From an uncultured virus (IMG/VR IMGVR_UViG_3300043434_000216) (Duplodnaviria; Heunggongvirae; Uroviricota; Caudoviricetes): a stretch of DNA of 64,000 nucleotides. Location of the stretch: IMG/VR virus record IMGVR_UViG_3300043434_000216. One strand, 5' to 3'. Positions 55,741 through 63,734 of the stretch are shown in pieces. The position numbers and the translations under genes were made by a program. Under the pieces are notes generated by a model. It was not told where the DNA came from and did no database searches. It worked only from the letters and a program-made list of their open reading frames with translations. How positions within the stretch are numbered: position 1 is the stretch's first letter; each line of letters begins with the position of its first letter.

Positions 55741-57750
55741 TTAAAATGGGAATATCTCCCTTATGTCGTAAAAATGTTGTTTCTGCTCTACTTTGCTAGC
55801 AAATTTAGACTTGTTAGCCTGTATCAATGTGTAACCAGATGCCATCGCGGCATCAAATTTGGTTGTCTTGTTGATATCAAACTTTAACCAGTCTTGCAAT
55901 AATCGCATAAAGATAACCTTTTCTACGCTTTCTGTAATGTAGCTTTCGGTAACTTCTGCAATCTGCTGATGAGTTTTAACTGTTGCTGAGATTCCATACT
56001 TGTTAGAACCTGGCATCTTGGTTAAAAACTTCTCATATCCTCTGTACTCAAAGTATTTAATTAAGCCAACTTTGTTATCCTCGGACAGTATCTCGCATCC
56101 AAAGAAATGACAAAGCTTAATCATATCCTCGTAGAATATCTCTGCCTTCTCAGGTCTGTTAAGGTATTCAACTAAGAACGTCTCACTAAACTCATCCACC
56201 GCATCATATCTCCTGTACACATATGCAGCGCCATCTGACCGCTCCTTACTTGTTGTAATGCTATGGTCAAAGGGGTCAACTGCTATCGCGTACTTCTTGT
56301 TATTCTTTGGAGCTTTCTTTGTCCCATACTCCTCTACCTGATTAAAGTTAGCGTAGTCGTGGACGTTAAACTTCTTGTGGACCAAAAACTTTCCGTTAGA
56401 AGTCTCATTGAAAACAACTCTACTATCGCGTTCCGCTTTTTCCCAAACAAATTCTCCACGCAAATATAAATCTTTTTCAGCAATCCACGATATCGATTCC
56501 ATCTGTCTGTTCAATGCCATCGCATCATACAAACAGGTGTCTGCTTCGCTAAAGAATGCTTCGCCGATTGTAAAAGGATTCTTTCTAATAAAAGAAGCTA
56601 GAGCACGTGGGTCAGTCTCTAAAGCAGCTCTTTCTGCTAGGTAAAACTCCTTAGCCTTTTCCTCGTCAGCTTGACCAAACTTATCATAGAATAAGGTCTT
56701 ATAGGCAGGCATAAAGTACTGGTATAATCCAGAACGCGTTCTTCCGTTCTTATTCTTCTCAAGTTGATTAGAAGCGTCCCATAACATCTTGAATGATTCT
56801 CCTCCATCTTCCATCTCCTCGACAGTTGTGGTGTATAAAGCCTTGCCAATGATGTTCTCTTCTTGTTGGAGACAGAACTGTAAGACTTGATGCCTGTCGT
56901 AGACGTCAACGTTCTTTGTCTTACCTGCTTCGTCTCCAAGGTATCTATGAAGCTTCATACCGTCATAGGCAAACTTATCTGCAGACTTAAAGGTAATAGA
57001 GGATTCTAGTTCAATCTTCTCAGCAAAGATGTCGTCATTAGCACCACGCTTGTTTGTCTTAAAGAAACGTAGCTCTCCTTTAGGAGTCATACCCTTCTCT
57101 GTATCATATATAGGCACAAAGAAGTCAGGCAAGTACTTGAATGGCATAATAACGCCCTTGGCAAATACGTTGTCCTTAGCATCTTCATAAGTCTTTGACT
57201 GAATACCTGCGTTCTTGTTCTTGCTTCTAGAGGTCAATTCAAACAAGAAAGCACCCGCTCGCATAGTCTTACCCTGACGACGTTTAGTCACCTCAACCAT
57301 TCCTAAACAGTTAGGGTCTTGCACACAGTACTCTAGGAAATAAAAGAAGTCTCTATCAGTCACACGAAACGACGGGTAGCCAACGTCAAGCTTCCAGTGT
57401 ACTAAGTAAAAGTAATGCAAACCCGTTATATAAGTAGCGTGACCGTTGTTATAGAACCAAAAGCCGTTAAGCCTTCTGTCCCATTCTTGGTTACGGTATT
57501 CCTGCAACTCAGGATTAAAGTACCCTGTGTTTGTTTTTTGGGTAATAATCTCTTTCTTGCGCTTTGTTTCGTAGTCCTTTGGTGGCTCAGGTCTTTCCCA
57601 GTACTGGTAGTCTTTCTTTACCGAACGCGCTAGTATCTCGCGCTTCTCCCATTGGTTAGTAATAATGTTGTACACATACCCATTGGGTGGTATGCTAACC
57701 TTAATATTGTTAATCTCGTACTCCCTACCCTTTGCGTGCTTCCTATACAT
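55741..57750 (-). CDS. terL: Terminase large subunit
   Basis: YITGLHYFY, KRRQGKT Walker A, DEAGK Walker B, RNase H-like VDPFD and FDAAMASG. Confidence 0.93.
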   Translation of the reverse strand: MYRKHAKGREYEINNIKVSIPPNGYVYNIITNQWEKREILARSVKKDYQYWERPEPPKDYETKRKKEIITQKTNTGYFNPELQEYRNQEWDRRLNGFWFYNNGHATYITGLHYFYLVHWKLDVGYPSFRVTDRDFFYFLEYCVQDPNCLGMVEVTKRRQGKTMRAGAFLFELTSRSKNKNAGIQSKTYEDAKDNVFAKGVIMPFKYLPDFFVPIYDTEKGMTPKGELRFFKTNKRGANDDIFAEKIELESSITFKSADKFAYDGMKLHRYLGDEAGKTKNVDVYDRHQVLQFCLQQEENIIGKALYTTTVEEMEDGGESFKMLWDASNQLEKNKNGRTRSGLYQYFMPAYKTLFYDKFGQADEEKAKEFYLAERAALETDPRALASFIRKNPFTIGEAFFSEADTCLYDAMALNRQMESISWIAEKDLYLRGEFVWEKAERDSRVVFNETSNGKFLVHKKFNVHDYANFNQVEEYGTKKAPKNNKKYAIAVDPFDHSITTSKERSDGAAYVYRRYDAVDEFSETFLVEYLNRPEKAEIFYEDMIKLCHFFGCEILSEDNKVGLIKYFEYRGYEKFLTKMPGSNKYGISATVKTHQQIAEVTESYITESVEKVIFMRLLQDWLKFDINKTTKFDAAMASGYTLIQANKSKFASKVEQKQHFYDIREIFPF

Positions 57751-58303
57751 TAGCTATTGTTTCAGGTGTCAAGTTAAGTATTTCTTTCTTCTTCTCTTTG
57801 GTATCTCCAAATAACTTGTCCTCGTAGGACTCAATCCTTTTAATGATAGCGTCGCACTCAGCCATTAGCTTAGACTTTATCTCAAGCGCTTGCAGCTTAT
57901 CCTTATCTGTCTTATATGCTGTGATAGGAGATAACAATTCGCCCTGATACTGCCAAAGAACTTCCTCGTTGGCTGCCAAAATAGACCATACTTTGGACGA
58001 TTGGTGGCGAAGGTATAGGTTGATATACTTGAGTAGATTTGCGTCCTTTAAATCAAAGATGTCCTCTAGGTCGTGTTTTAGTCCAGCCATCTCTGCAGCC
58101 TCCTCCTTACGCTCCTGTATGTTAGATATCTTTAATCGCAGTGGACTCTTCTGGTCGTATATCAGTCCAACGTAAATGATAACTGGAATATCTGAACTGG
58201 GTAGGTTGCCAAATACCTGTTTGAGAATTGGATTTTTAGCAAGGTTGTCATCTAAGACAGGAATTGCTAAATCTAAAAACTCTTCTTTATTAAATAATGC
58301 CAT
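57743..58303 (-). CDS. Putative terminase small subunit
   Basis: 186-aa helical protein overlapping the terL start. Confidence 0.6.
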   Translation of the reverse strand: MALFNKEEFLDLAIPVLDDNLAKNPILKQVFGNLPSSDIPVIIYVGLIYDQKSPLRLKISNIQERKEEAAEMAGLKHDLEDIFDLKDANLLKYINLYLRHQSSKVWSILAANEEVLWQYQGELLSPITAYKTDKDKLQALEIKSKLMAECDAIIKRIESYEDKLFGDTKEKKKEILNLTPETIANV

Positions 58304-58439
58304 ATCTATTTTGGTTGCGGGCGGCGGCGGGCGGCGCGGTGTCCCAATTCTTTTTTTTTCTTTTGTCTTCTAAGGGAAGCAAGCTTCCTTTTAGTTTCAG
58401 TTTTTTGATTGTCTTTACGCTCCGCGGAATAGTATATAT

Positions 58440-58563
58440 TAATCTTATTTATTATATTATATATTATGTGGTAAAATCTTACCAGGGGTATGGTCAAATT
58501 CTACCAGGGGGTATGGTAAAATCTTACCAGGGGGGTATGGTATAATTCTACCATAGGGGTACC
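58440..58563. repeat. Second iteron cluster: four TGGT-N8-ACCA sites plus an AT-rich tract
   Basis: 58469-58484, 58491-58506, 58514-58529, 58538-58553; same consensus as 1106-1166. Confidence 0.85.
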
Positions 58564-59207
58564 TAGTGTTTAGAGCATAAAATATCGCTTTGCCGCACGG
58601 TATAGTACTCTTTTCCTTCGATGGTGTTCTTAAAGTTTGAGTTCTTATTTAACATAACAAGTGCACCTTGACTAACTTTTAACTCATCTTGACCTACTAA
58701 TGGTTTCCCAATGTAAGACAGTCGAGCAAACTTAGTTGACGGCTTTTTATTTAGACCAATTACTAGCCCCGAAGCAGATGTTATAGCTTCTACTTTTTGA
58801 CCACCAACATCAACCGAGTCAAACTCTTCCTCAACCACCTGTTCACAAAGAGTCCAGTTCCCAACAGGTAATATATTGCCACCCCTAACAATACAAAACA
58901 CCCAATAATAAGGTACTTTATAATAGTTCCCGTAGATACAGTTTGTTTCATCGGATGTAGTTAAGTAATGAAAATATATAAGGTCACCTACTTGCACATT
59001 TTTCTCCATCTCTAAGCCGTCTTCAGTATAAACCCTTCCTTCTGGAACAGCTATTACTCGACCATAGATTCTAGCGTAGTGTGTAGGATTGAATTCTGGG
59101 TCTATGTGGAGCTTTAAATTACCGTATTGGACAGTATCATCCAAAGCAGCACCGACTTCAACCACGACCGTATTTGGTGGCGATTTTTTAATATCGTAAG
59201 TAAGCAT
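58563..59207 (-). CDS. groES: GroES-like co-chaperonin (two tandem GroES-like domains)
   Basis: G.VIAVP..VQVGDLIYFHY; LPVGNW..TSASGLVI..IEGKEYYTVRQSDIL; start 59207 after an AACCAAACAA leader. Confidence 0.75.
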   Translation of the reverse strand: MLTYDIKKSPPNTVVVEVGAALDDTVQYGNLKLHIDPEFNPTHYARIYGRVIAVPEGRVYTEDGLEMEKNVQVGDLIYFHYLTTSDETNCIYGNYYKVPYYWVFCIVRGGNILPVGNWTLCEQVVEEEFDSVDVGGQKVEAITSASGLVIGLNKKPSTKFARLSYIGKPLVGQDELKVSQGALVMLNKNSNFKNTIEGKEYYTVRQSDILCSKH

Positions 59208-59919
59208 TAAAATGTTTGTTTGGTTTGTAAAGGTAAAGATAGATAGATAGTCACATATATCCAATTTCTATCTCCATATGTTTCCACTGCCAGATTGCTT
59301 TAAACGCAGTTTTTAGACCGCGTAGGTGGATTGTTAGGGTTATATATACTATCGGACGGTTCAGCGACATCAACGACAAACGACTTTTTGCAATGGGGTG
59401 GGGTCATATTTAGTAATCCAAATTCCAAAAATTAGGTCAATGTATCCTTATGATACAATAACAATTTTCCAATGTATCACTTTGGTACAATACCACTCGG
59501 TCGGTGTGTTGCATCCTTCCCCCATACCTATAGTGCGAAAGAAATGTGTCCAAGGTTGCAAGGAGCAAAGGTAAATGTGCATAAAATGTGGCTTAGGATT
59601 ATCTGAGGGCGCATTTATCCTAGGGGAATTATCCTCCCCCACATCACACCCTAGAAAAACCTCCCATTTTACTAGCATTCAATTTAAGGGGGCAAATCTT
59701 TGATTTAAGACATTTTCGTGTTTAAATGTCCATTCTATAAGCCCTATGCGAGATAATTGATTAGACGCGAAATCGGGGTATTTTGGAGGGTATATTATTA
59801 TTATACATATAGTATATAAAGGGGATTTCTTGGAATAGTACTAAATCGATATATTTTCGTTGTATTATTCTAAGAAAACAGCCCATTCGTCGACACATTT
59901 GGGGATTTCGTCTCATCTT

Positions 59920-59952
59920 TTTGGAGGTAAAGCATTAGATATACTAACTTTG
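59920..59952 (+). promoter_or_regulatory. Bacteroidota-type early promoter
   Basis: TTTG (59920-59923), 21-nt spacer, TAACTTTG (59945-59952). Confidence 0.75.
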
Positions 59953-59957
59953 CATCA

Positions 59958-60258
59958 AGCAAACGGGGAAAAAGTTCTCCAACGGCTTCCACCCCGACAC
60001 ATACGGGGGGTAACAGGTGTGCCTACTCGAAAGAGTCCACCTTAGTGGCTAACCCCCACTCGGAAAGGCGAAAGGTTACCCACGAGGATGGTGGATTCCT
60101 GAGTATAAAGGTTTGAAGTTTCAGAAGAACGGGTTACTAAATAAACCTATCGCCGAACACACGGCGTCAACAAAGTCCCACACATACAAGGGTTATGTAT
60201 ACGATTAGACAATGGCTTGCATATTTATATGAGTGGTTCGATTCCGCTACTAATCGCT
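59958..60258 (+). ncRNA. Putative structured early non-coding RNA ending in a tRNA-like T-arm/acceptor element
   Basis: GC-richer, ORF-poor 300 nt with nested stems (ACTC-GAAA-GAGT, AGGTG/CACCT, GGCGA/TCGCC); CGATTAG/CTAATCG enclosing AGTGG-TTCGATT-CCGCT. Confidence 0.55.
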
Positions 60259-60277
60259 AACTTAAAAACACACTATT

Positions 60278-60511
60278 ATGAAATTTGTATCAAACTATCT
60301 TGTAGGCGGAATTGTTCACGCAAAAACAAAATGCGACGCGCTTGTAACTATTGCAAAACTATATGATTACCCTGATTATAAGATTTATTGGGAAGGGAAT
60401 ACGCCTTATATGCTACCATTTGCTCAATCTCGTAGAGTATTTAAGGTATATGCATCACATTCTAAAATGGGAAAGGCTTTAAATGCTGAACGCAAAAGAT
60501 ATGGAGTGTAA
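60278..60511 (+). CDS. Early hypothetical protein
   Basis: 77-aa ORF; its stop codon lies in hammerhead stem I. Confidence 0.65.
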   Translation: MKFVSNYLVGGIVHAKTKCDALVTIAKLYDYPDYKIYWEGNTPYMLPFAQSRRVFKVYASHSKMGKALNAERKRYGV

Positions 60512-60554
60512 CTGACGAGTCCTAATGGACGAAACGCCTACGGGCGTCTTACAC
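60506..60554 (+). ncRNA. Type I hammerhead ribozyme
   Basis: GTGTAA-CTGACGA-GTCC(TAAT)GGAC-GAAA-CGCC(TACG)GGCG-TC-TTACAC; full core and three paired stems; predicted cleavage after C60548. Confidence 0.93.
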
Positions 60555-60592
60555 ATACCCTTTCCGTGTAGGTTAACGGACTAGCACACACA

Positions 60593-61009
60593 ATGAGAAT
60601 GTTATTTAATCAAGCAATCGAAATCACAAAAGAACAAGCTATTAACCACTCAAGAAATGAGTACAATCCAAGAGAATGGAAGTGTATAGTAGAAAGATTT
60701 AGTGAGAGATTTGAAGACGCAATCTTTTACGACCTTGGCTTAGGGAGGTACAATCAAGATGAAGTTGGCGTAGTGTATGTTACTAACGGAGTTCGCTACT
60801 TTAAAACACTTCAGTATTCGTCTTGCCTAAGCGCATACGATGGCATAGGACAAATAAATTTATATGAGGATGGAATTAGCTTTACAAAGTTTATTGATGA
60901 CAACGGGAACGAGGGCTACCTTTCTGCTAGAAACCCCGTAACGGCTAACTTCTTACGAGTTATGACTTTAAGAACAAAAGACTTTATTGTAGCATCTGCA
61001 AGCATTTAA
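60593..61009 (+). CDS. Early hypothetical protein
   Basis: 138-aa ORF. Confidence 0.65.
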   Translation: MRMLFNQAIEITKEQAINHSRNEYNPREWKCIVERFSERFEDAIFYDLGLGRYNQDEVGVVYVTNGVRYFKTLQYSSCLSAYDGIGQINLYEDGISFTKFIDDNGNEGYLSARNPVTANFLRVMTLRTKDFIVASASI

Positions 61010-61013
61010 ACCT

Positions 61014-61100
61014 ATGAAATCCTTAATCGCATTCTTCTTCGCGCTCGCTATCTATATGGTAGGGAGTGCTTTAATTCAAATCATTCAAATCTTATCTTAA
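61014..61100 (+). CDS. Small membrane peptide (28 aa)
   Basis: MKSLIAFFFALAIYMVGSALIQIIQILS*. Confidence 0.5.
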   Translation: MKSLIAFFFALAIYMVGSALIQIIQILS

Positions 61101-61110
61101 TTCTATTCTT

Positions 61111-61299
61111 ATGAAACCATTTATCATCGTCATCGTTAGTACATTCCTAGGTCTTTACGCTATCTGCGCATTCGTTTCTTGGGACATATCAGTAATGGCA
61201 CACGCTACCGAGAATGGACGTGTAGCCTACATTATCGGAGGGTTTTTCCTTAGCGGTATTTTTTCTTGTATGGTAGCATCTTTTCAGTCAGAACAATAA
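61111..61299 (+). CDS. Small two-TM membrane protein
   Basis: 62 aa with two hydrophobic segments. Confidence 0.6.
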   Translation: MKPFIIVIVSTFLGLYAICAFVSWDISVMAHATENGRVAYIIGGFFLSGIFSCMVASFQSEQ

Positions 61300-61421
61300 T
61301 GAAGACCTTTAACAAAGTAATCGTTTTCTTCCTAGGCGAAGAAGCGAGCCAAGACAAAGGTGAACTAATCACCGCGTTAATCATTGCGACGCTATGCGCG
61401 TTCCTTTTACCTTTAATGTAA
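61299..61421 (+). CDS. Small membrane peptide (40 aa)
   Basis: MKTFNKVIVFFLG..LITALIIATLCAFLLPLM*. Confidence 0.5.
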   Translation: MKTFNKVIVFFLGEEASQDKGELITALIIATLCAFLLPLM

Positions 61422-61451
61422 TCTATCACTATCAACTTATCAAATCACACA

Positions 61452-62369
61452 ATGGCAACTCAATCAGAATTAATCGACAATATCAATAACACAATCATCG
61501 AAGGACTACAAGCTAAGGGTTTACAATGGTTCAAACCTTTCAAAGATAGCTCTACCAATCAATGGTCTGCTATCAACTCACAAGGTAAGCCTTACCGCGG
61601 TATTAATCAGTTCATCCTTTCAGCTAAGGCAATCGAAAAGGGATGGATTAACAAGTGGTTCACCTTCGCGCAAGTATCTAAGCTAGGCGGACGTGTTAAC
61701 AAGGGCGAGAAGTCTACGGATGTCTACCTTTGGAAAGTAAACTTCGCGGTAGAAATCGCAGGTAAAACCCAATACTTCGCCCGCCTTGAGGACGTTCCAA
61801 GTCACCTACAAAAGCAAGCCAAGAAGGCGTTCTTCTTGCAGGTGTTCAAGGTGTTCTCTATCTCACAAAGCGACCTACCAATCGATACCCCATCACAACC
61901 TATTGAGGTCACTGAATTAGAGGCAGACGCGCACGCCGAAGCTATCCTTCAATCGTGGTGCAAAGAGGTAACGCTTAAGCATAGCGGACAAGGTCGGGCT
62001 TACTACTCTCCTAGCGGTGACTACATTCATATGCCCGCTAAGACTACTGAGCAATGGAAATCAAACGGAGACTACTACAAGGTATTCTTTCACGAAGCTA
62101 TCCACTCCACGGGTCACGCGTCACGCCTTAATCGCCTAGACAAAACAGCAAACTTTGGCTCTGATGAGTATAGTAAGGAGGAATTGGTCGCTGAGTTAGG
62201 CGCGCTGTATTTAGAGGCTATCACGGGCATACAAACAATCGTAGACGACGTCAAAAACTCGCAAGCATATATCAACGGATGGATTAGCAAATTGAAGTCT
62301 GACCCTAAGTTAATTCTGAGTGCATCTACTAAGGCACACGAGGCGGTAGAGTTAATCCTATCTAAATAA
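61452..62369 (+). CDS. ardC: ArdC-family antirestriction protein (ssDNA-binding domain plus zincin-like domain)
   Basis: W.KP, GKPYRGINQ, WFTFAQ..GG.V.KGEK, AYYSP..DYI.MP, HEAIHSTGH..RL.R, Y..EELVAELGA. Confidence 0.92.
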   Translation: MATQSELIDNINNTIIEGLQAKGLQWFKPFKDSSTNQWSAINSQGKPYRGINQFILSAKAIEKGWINKWFTFAQVSKLGGRVNKGEKSTDVYLWKVNFAVEIAGKTQYFARLEDVPSHLQKQAKKAFFLQVFKVFSISQSDLPIDTPSQPIEVTELEADAHAEAILQSWCKEVTLKHSGQGRAYYSPSGDYIHMPAKTTEQWKSNGDYYKVFFHEAIHSTGHASRLNRLDKTANFGSDEYSKEELVAELGALYLEAITGIQTIVDDVKNSQAYINGWISKLKSDPKLILSASTKAHEAVELILSK

Positions 62370-62409
62370 CATCTTGACCTTGCGGTGTATAGGTAACCGC
62401 AATAATACT

Positions 62410-62670
62410 ATGAACGTAAGACAAATTCTAGAAACCAACAACGAGTTGCAGATGCGTTATATCTATGAGATTAACAAGTTTTGCAAGGAACGTATGTACT
62501 CAGAATCAGGCGACAAAGAAGCGCCCAAGATTCGCCAAATTATGGACATCTTCTTTTGGGTTGGTAAGATATCCGAGAAGCAAATGGATTGGGTAGTACG
62601 CTACGCCACCAAGAATCAAATCCGCGTGGTAACATCAGATTCCACTATCAGCAATTTAGACCAAGCATAA
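62410..62670 (+). CDS. Early hypothetical protein
   Basis: ATG at 62410 (MNVRQIL). Confidence 0.6.
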   Translation: MNVRQILETNNELQMRYIYEINKFCKERMYSESGDKEAPKIRQIMDIFFWVGKISEKQMDWVVRYATKNQIRVVTSDSTISNLDQA

Positions 62671-62671
62671 A

Positions 62672-62869
62672 ATGAGAGCAAGCGAATTATTAAACTACTT
62701 ATTAGAATTAGATAAGACCAATGACTTGTCTAAGGTCGAGGTGTACTATCGCACTGATAGAGACACAAACGAAGAGCGCGTATTTCACGTCGAAGAGGAC
62801 TTATACGACGAAGACAATAACTCAGAGTTAATTTCTATAATGTTATTAAATGACCCTAAAGATATATAG
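62672..62869 (+). CDS. Early hypothetical acidic protein
   Basis: 65-aa ORF. Confidence 0.6.
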   Translation: MRASELLNYLLELDKTNDLSKVEVYYRTDRDTNEERVFHVEEDLYDEDNNSELISIMLLNDPKDI

Positions 62870-62871
62870 CT

Positions 62872-63069
62872 ATGGATGTCAAGATAAACATACTAGAGTT
62901 AGCCAGCGAGCTAGCAGATAGAGAGCTACGCGAGAAGTGGGACTTCCGCGATGGGCAAGCGGACGTAGACGATGGGCACGGAGGCGTAATGTACTCCGAC
63001 ACCGCACAAGATATTTTTAACCGATTGTATGACGAATACTATACAATCATAGACCAAATAAAGCAATGA
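62872..63069 (+). CDS. Early hypothetical acidic protein
   Basis: INILELASELA..Y...AQDIFN..YD.Y. Confidence 0.65.
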   Translation: MDVKINILELASELADRELREKWDFRDGQADVDDGHGGVMYSDTAQDIFNRLYDEYYTIIDQIKQ

Positions 63070-63287
63070 ATACTAACGCCCTTATAATTAAATACGACTT
63101 GAAGTTCTTCACCTTTTCTCAATTAGCTACTAATTTATATCTAACTGAGGTAGAAGAATACGACATTACAACATTATTCGTAACTATAATTGACTTGTAC
63201 GAAGACTTCTTGTTATCAGGATTTGATTCGCCTGATGAAACGTATCAAGAATCAATGATGAAATATTTAGCAAACTTAATAGGATAA
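63066..63287 (+). CDS. Early hypothetical acidic protein
   Basis: 73-aa ORF. Confidence 0.6.
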   Translation: MNTNALIIKYDLKFFTFSQLATNLYLTEVEEYDITTLFVTIIDLYEDFLLSGFDSPDETYQESMMKYLANLIG

Positions 63288-63291
63288 CCTT

Positions 63292-63444
63292 ATGACAAAG
63301 CACGAAGCAACCTTAGCCCTTGTACGCACTTACTTAGATGATTTGCGGACAAAATTAGATGACCGCAAATATGTGGACGGAGACTTTAATGAAGAAGACT
63401 CTATCATCAACGACATCGAAGTACTTATTAACTCTTTAGACTAA
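63292..63444 (+). CDS. Early hypothetical acidic protein (50 aa)
   Basis: MTKHEATLALVRTYLDD..INSLD*; below the track cutoff. Confidence 0.55.
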   Translation: MTKHEATLALVRTYLDDLRTKLDDRKYVDGDFNEEDSIINDIEVLINSLD

Positions 63445-63503
63445 ACACAAATGAATCAAGAAGACTTAGCCCACCTAATGTGGCTACTAAACAACAACAA
63501 GTA

Positions 63504-63734
63504 ATGGGAAACCAACGAGAGAAAATCATCAACGCGATATTAGATTGTCGCGTTGGTGAGGTGTTACCACAAGAGATGGAACACTTTGCAAAGTTGTACA
63601 CGGATGACCTTGTCGACGTGTTGATTAATGAATTGTATGCTCTACATAGCGCTCTTGAGGACAACGTTTCTCAGTGCAATGTAGAGACTCAGAAACTACT
63701 AGACATCATAGAGAAAAATGGCAACAAAGTTTAA
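63504..63734 (+). CDS. Early hypothetical protein
   Basis: ATG at 63504 (MGNQREK). Confidence 0.6.
   Translation: MGNQREKIINAILDCRVGEVLPQEMEHFAKLYTDDLVDVLINELYALHSALEDNVSQCNVETQKLLDIIEKNGNKV

Noticed and set aside
17190..58545. Numerous short + strand ORFs inside the late genes
   Set aside because: Antisense shadows of long minus-strand genes
59990..60190. RNase P RNA, tmRNA or group I intron
   Set aside because: Universal motifs (GAGGAAAGUCC with its P4 partner, a tag ORF, P7 elements) could not be located
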